Assembly (NCBI GenBank): GCA_905178155.1 | Contig: CAJINV010000007.1 | Location: forward strand, 1-64,000 | DNA length: 64,000 nucleotides | Direction of reading: 5' to 3' | Origin: Amoebophrya sp. A120 | Taxonomy: Eukaryota; Protista; Dinoflagellata | Part shown: piece after piece, positions 59,801 to 64,000 of the stretch | Numbering within the stretch: position 1 is the first letter of the stretch | Layout: each line of letters starts with the position of its first letter | The notes under the pieces: model-generated | What the model was told of the DNA's origin: nothing | The model's database searches: none | What the model saw: the letters and a program-made list of their open reading frames with translations, nothing else | Program-made: the position numbers and the translations under genes

Positions 59801-62800
59801 ACTTCTTCCGTCAGCGTCTTGTTCGCGCCAGCCAAAGTTCCGTTTTCTACCCGCAATGCGGACAGTTCCTGCAGCGCCTTGGCGAGCTGCGACCTCAATT
59901 GTGTGTTCTCCGCAAGATGAGCTGCTGGTAAGGAAGATGTAGTTTGCTTGTTGTAATCCTGCAAAACTACTGTCGAATTGACACCGCTAGAACTTCTACT
60001 TTCCTGGCTATTTTTATTGTCGCAACTTGCTCTACTCACGGCATCCGGCGTGTCTCGGTCTTTGTCACTAGTCGAACTGCAGCCGAGTGGGATAGTAGAA
60101 ATTTTGCTCTCTTTGTTGATCATTCCATCATCATCTTTTTCAGTGGAGCTCAGAATCGGCACGACGCCTTCTATTGGAGCTGAATCGGATGTCCGTATGC
60201 TGTTTGAAGAAGTTGACTCTTTCTTGAGGAACAGACACGATGCTGGCTGTCTTTCTTTGCTAGTAGTTGTTCCCGTCATTGCTTTTGCTCCGCCCCCTCT
60301 GGTCAGGACTTTATTGCTCTTCCCCTTCTTCTTTGGGTCCTGGGAAACAAACTCCAACTCTGGAAGGAGAGAAGAAGGCTCAACGTCAGTGGATGTTGAT
60401 GTCCTCTCATCTTTATTCGTAATGGCCGTCAAAAACTCCTCAACGACTGTCTGCGACGAGGAAGACGTGTCTTCAACATCCTCTTTCAAAATCTTCAGCA
60501 GTTCCCGTTGTTTCGGCACCTGGGCAACTACCGGGTACAGATCCGACTGAAACCCCGTCGCCCGTCTTGGCACGTTGAACGGCAAAAAGGTAAGTTGGTT
60601 GTCGGAGTCTAGTTTCGCCGCGCGCGCCACTTCGTGGGTTGTCGTGTCGAGGGCAAGCTTGGGGAAGAAGCCGATACCTTGCCGAGCGATGAAATACATT
60701 TTTGTAAATGGAATCATTGTTCTGTCGTAAACTACTTCTACGCGACCTGTTTTAGTCGCGCAAAAGCAAGAGGCTTGCAAAATGCAAAAACGAAGTTGCA
60801 AAACAGTAAGTTACACTACCTCTCTGCGCCACGCCGCTTGCGTATTCGTCGAGAAAGTGCAAACTTCCGTCCTGATACTCAAAGTAACGGATGTTGCCGT
60901 CTCCCTTACCCGCGAGAAACAAGAGGCCAGTTTCTTTGTCGAAAAAAGGCGTCAAAGGGGAGGTTCCAGAGTCTAACGTGCCGCTGGCCTGGGAAATCTT
61001 CGGGTGCCGCAAATCCCACATGGCGTACTGGCGTTGGGCTGTTGAGTTTCAGATATTTTTGCGGTGATTGCTTTTTCACTCAGAACCAGAAGTCATGGAT
61101 GCTATAGGTAATCAATCTCATACTTTCTACTCAGGTAGATGAAGATGATCATCTCTATCATTTTTCATGATACGAACAAATTTACAACATCAACTAAAAA
61201 TACTGCTCGCAGAGAACCCCGTGGTCAAATAAATCTGCGACTGACCCACCGTCCCCGAGGCCAGATCCACCGCATCGAGCCAGCAAATTTTTCCGCCGCG
61301 GGCACTATCGTGACACTTCTGCTCAAAGACAGGTTTGGACGTTCGCAAATCGAAGAACCGCACCATCTTGTCCCGGCACGGCGCCGCGAGCAGCTGCCCA
61401 TCGAAAGACCAGCGGAGCTGATAGAAATTCTCTTTTTAGGTAAAAATTCAGAAGTTCTTCATGTATGTTGTACTAATCTGCATGTTGCTGTATTTGTTCC
61501 ACAGCGTGTCGTGCTTGGTTGATGTTTATTTAAATGCCGGAATTTTCTTTTTTTCCATGCGGATCTTTTATTCCACTTTCTGTTTCACTTCGGCATGTCA
61601 CAAAAAAAGACCCGAACAATACTTCTCACACAAACACGACGACATCTATACGTCCTGCGCCAGCTCCGGAATGTCGTACTCCCCGCACTTTTTCAGGCCC
61701 CGTTCTAGATATGGATTGCAAAAGCATCCCATCGCACTAGCACAAATTGCATTACAAAGTTGCTCAGCATGAGAAACGCCATTTGTAATGCTGTTTTACC
61801 TTAGGAAGAAGATTTGATGTTATGCATATTTGCAATTAGTACGAGTACGATACTTTTGCGCTCGATACTAGATCGAAATGAGCGATTTTGTAATCGTAGC
61901 TGCTCACCGTGACGAGCGGCAGCCCCCGGCTGTGCCAATTTAGCAGGTGGATTTTTTTCAGCAAATCCTGATCGTTTTCGCAAATCGGGGTTTTGTTCGC
62001 GCGCTCTACAGAGTTGGTCTGCATCATCTTCTCGTCGTCAACCTGGAAAACCCGCAGGCAGCAGTCCTCACAACTGGTTGCGATCAATTGGCCTATACTA
62101 TGCAAACATGTCTGGGTACTACGGATCTCAAACCCAACAAGATCTGTGACCACACAGTCGCCAGTTTTGTCTCGTGCTGGGAAATAGGATCTATATCATG
62201 AAAAAAGCCGACAGAGGTCGTAAATAGAGGCGAAAATAAAATTATGATCATGCATAGATGCCACACAAGAAAATAAGATGATCAGCATCACTGCCGCGCT
62301 ATGCAAGATTCAGCATGAGCAACTGACAGTTATGTTATCCAAACCCAGGCACATAATTTGCAATGCATATGGTCGTCAAAGGGACAGAACTGGAAATCCA
62401 GGATCCCACCGCTGTGGCCGGTTAGGACGCTGATTCCCTCCTCTCCGCCCAGGACCGAGGGCAGGCGTTTCGGCGGTTTGTCGCGCGCGTCTTCACTACA
62501 GGTCGTGGATAAGTCCTGTAGTTGTTCCCCTCGTCGCTCTGCATTGTTTCCTCCTGCTAGCTCGTCTGCCGTGGAGGTTGATGAAGGTGCCGATGGACCT
62601 GCGCCTGTTGAAGAAGAAGAATTCGCCGAAGAAGTAGAGCTACCACTGCTCGTTCCGTTATACGCAAGGAGACACAACGCGCCCGCACCGCCCCCGGTTT
62701 GCCAGGGGAACGCGAGGTGTTTTATCGTGAGAAAAAAGTGTTTCACTGTATAACGCGTTTGCGAATTTCGCATCACAAGTTCCTTCTCCATGACAAAGAA

Positions 62801-63086
62801 AACTGTACCATGCAATATTTCTAGGGGGAAACACGACTAAAAATACATTGTCTTGCATGTGTAGCAAGACAAGAACTTCTGTGATGCATCTTCTGCATTA
62901 CAAGCTTGTTACAGTGAAATAGTTTTTTCTCGTGATATATTTCTCGTTGATCGCAATGCCTGGGTTTTCGAGCTTCTTATCACTCAGCTTCGCGTTTTCG
63001 TACTTGTCCTTCCACGGCTCGACATTCAGGTGTCGAAACCGCGATTCCCGCACGATCGGTTTGCGAGTGGAGGAAGAGGAACGCAT
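56846..63086 (-). CDS. CORO: Coronin (WD40 actin-binding protein) with very long C-terminal extension
   Basis: SRFRH, NEKYLAFPW, GHSGGILDFQFCPFDDQLIATSCED, LFLAGKGDGNIRYFE, QRGIGFFPK and VPRRATGFQSDLYP; coiled coil at ~59790-59920; downstream exons join in frame to the stop at 56846. Confidence 0.92.
57995..58151. mobile_element. TIR introner, family C
   Basis: TATGCATTGCAAAAG...CCTTTGCAGTGCATA; perfect direct repeat TGGCT. Confidence 0.92.
58382..58531. mobile_element. TIR introner, family C
   Basis: TATCCTGTGCAAAAGTATCGCACTCGT...ACGAGTACGATACTTTTGCAAAGCATA; perfect direct repeat GAGGG. Confidence 0.93.
58721..58934. mobile_element. TIR introner, family A
   Basis: TATGCCTTACAAATATGCCTGGGTCTGGAA...TTCCAGACCCAGACACATTTGCACTTGATA; perfect direct repeat AGTTC. 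Confidence 0.93.
61710..61867. mobile_element. TIR introner, family C
   Basis: TATGGATTGCAAAAGCATC...GATACTTTTGCGCTCGATA; perfect direct repeat CTAGA. Confidence 0.9.
62094..62369. mobile_element. TIR introner, family A
   Basis: TATACTATGCAAACATGTCTGGG...CCCAGGCACATAATTTGCAATGCATA; flanks TGGCC/TGGTC; restores FDDQLIAT. Confidence 0.88.
62723..62937. mobile_element. TIR introner, family G
   Basis: TATCGTGAGAAAAAAGTGTTTCACTGTA...TACAGTGAAATAGTTTTTTCTCGTGATA; flanks TGTTT/TATTT; restores EKYLAFPW. Confidence 0.88.
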
Positions 63087-64000
63087 TTTGGAGTCGTGTG
63101 TGATGTGTGTTTCAGTTTATTCTCGTTTTTTTATGTGAATCAATACATGTAAAAATGAATCATACACGATCGGAGGCGGAGCGCCCGACAGTTGGCACAA
63201 GAACAGGAACTCTGCCCACAGACTTGTGCCAAGTCGCTTTCTGAATTGTTGTTCACTATTTTTGCGTCGTAGGAAAGAACAGAAAATCTATGCAGGAAAA
63301 GCCTCTAGCATCATGAATAAACACGCAAAAATAATTTTTCTCCAAAGTCGTGTTCGCTCCAGCAACAAGAGTAAATAGCTGCTTCTCTCTGTTTGTCCTC
63401 CTAATTCATCACAAGTTGTTACCACAACCCTCAATTTGATACTTGGACCTCGTGTCATGGCAGTGTTCCAAGAAGGTGACAACGGGTTGTCTGCAGGACC
63501 GACATCAAGGTCATATATTCAGAAACGAATTCCCCCGGCGGAGATTGTAAGACGAGCAGAAGACGGCAAGAATACCAAGGCCACAGATATTCATGTTGCA
63601 GACAGAAACGAACACAGGTGTCGTGAGTGATCGCGTCGACGAGATGACGGCGCTGGCCGCACATCAAGTAGAGCAACTTCCAAGCTATGCTTTCGATTCG
63701 TTTCTGTAGTATCTGTGTTTGCGCGGTGGAAAATAAGTTAGTAGATGAACAGAGCCACCATGTTGTCTAAATGGAGATATACTCCTTTTTTCTTTCAAGC
63801 GATCGGCCTACTAATCCACTTCCATCTTCACTGCTCTGCTATTCCCTGCTGCGGTTATCCTGCGCAAAAGCATCGAACTCGGTCTCGGAGCAATCGCAAT
63901 CATGCATCAAAATACCTTTTCCAAGCTAAATCAGCATTACAATTTCAATATAACAGTGGTCATGCTGAGCTAGTGTTTACATGCAAAAATACCACGAGTA

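Overview
This is eukaryotic, intron-rich DNA. The architecture points to a Syndiniales/Amoebophrya-like dinoflagellate relative, which is an inference. All recognisable host genes lie on the minus strand: a partial protein kinase, a large multi-exon protein kinase, a YrhK-like membrane protein, unknown proteins, a TPR-SET protein, an AN1-like zinc-finger protein, a possibly secreted unknown protein and a coronin. Two systems stand out. (1) More than 25 introns are miniature inverted-repeat elements. They start TAT, end ATA, carry family-specific TIRs and are flanked by a 5-bp direct repeat. Removing the element plus 5 nt restores the reading frame and conserved motifs even where no GT-AG boundary exists. 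(2) A ~14-kb element (~31.55-45.6 kb) is bounded by an inverted repeat with a perfect 27-bp core. It has palindrome-bearing tandem arrays inside both ends. On the plus strand it encodes an intron-split hAT-like DDE transposase with a long C-terminal extension, plus an unknown multi-exon cargo gene. It interrupts one of several GC-rich intergenic islands. Exon boundaries were worked out by hand and need RNA-seq confirmation.
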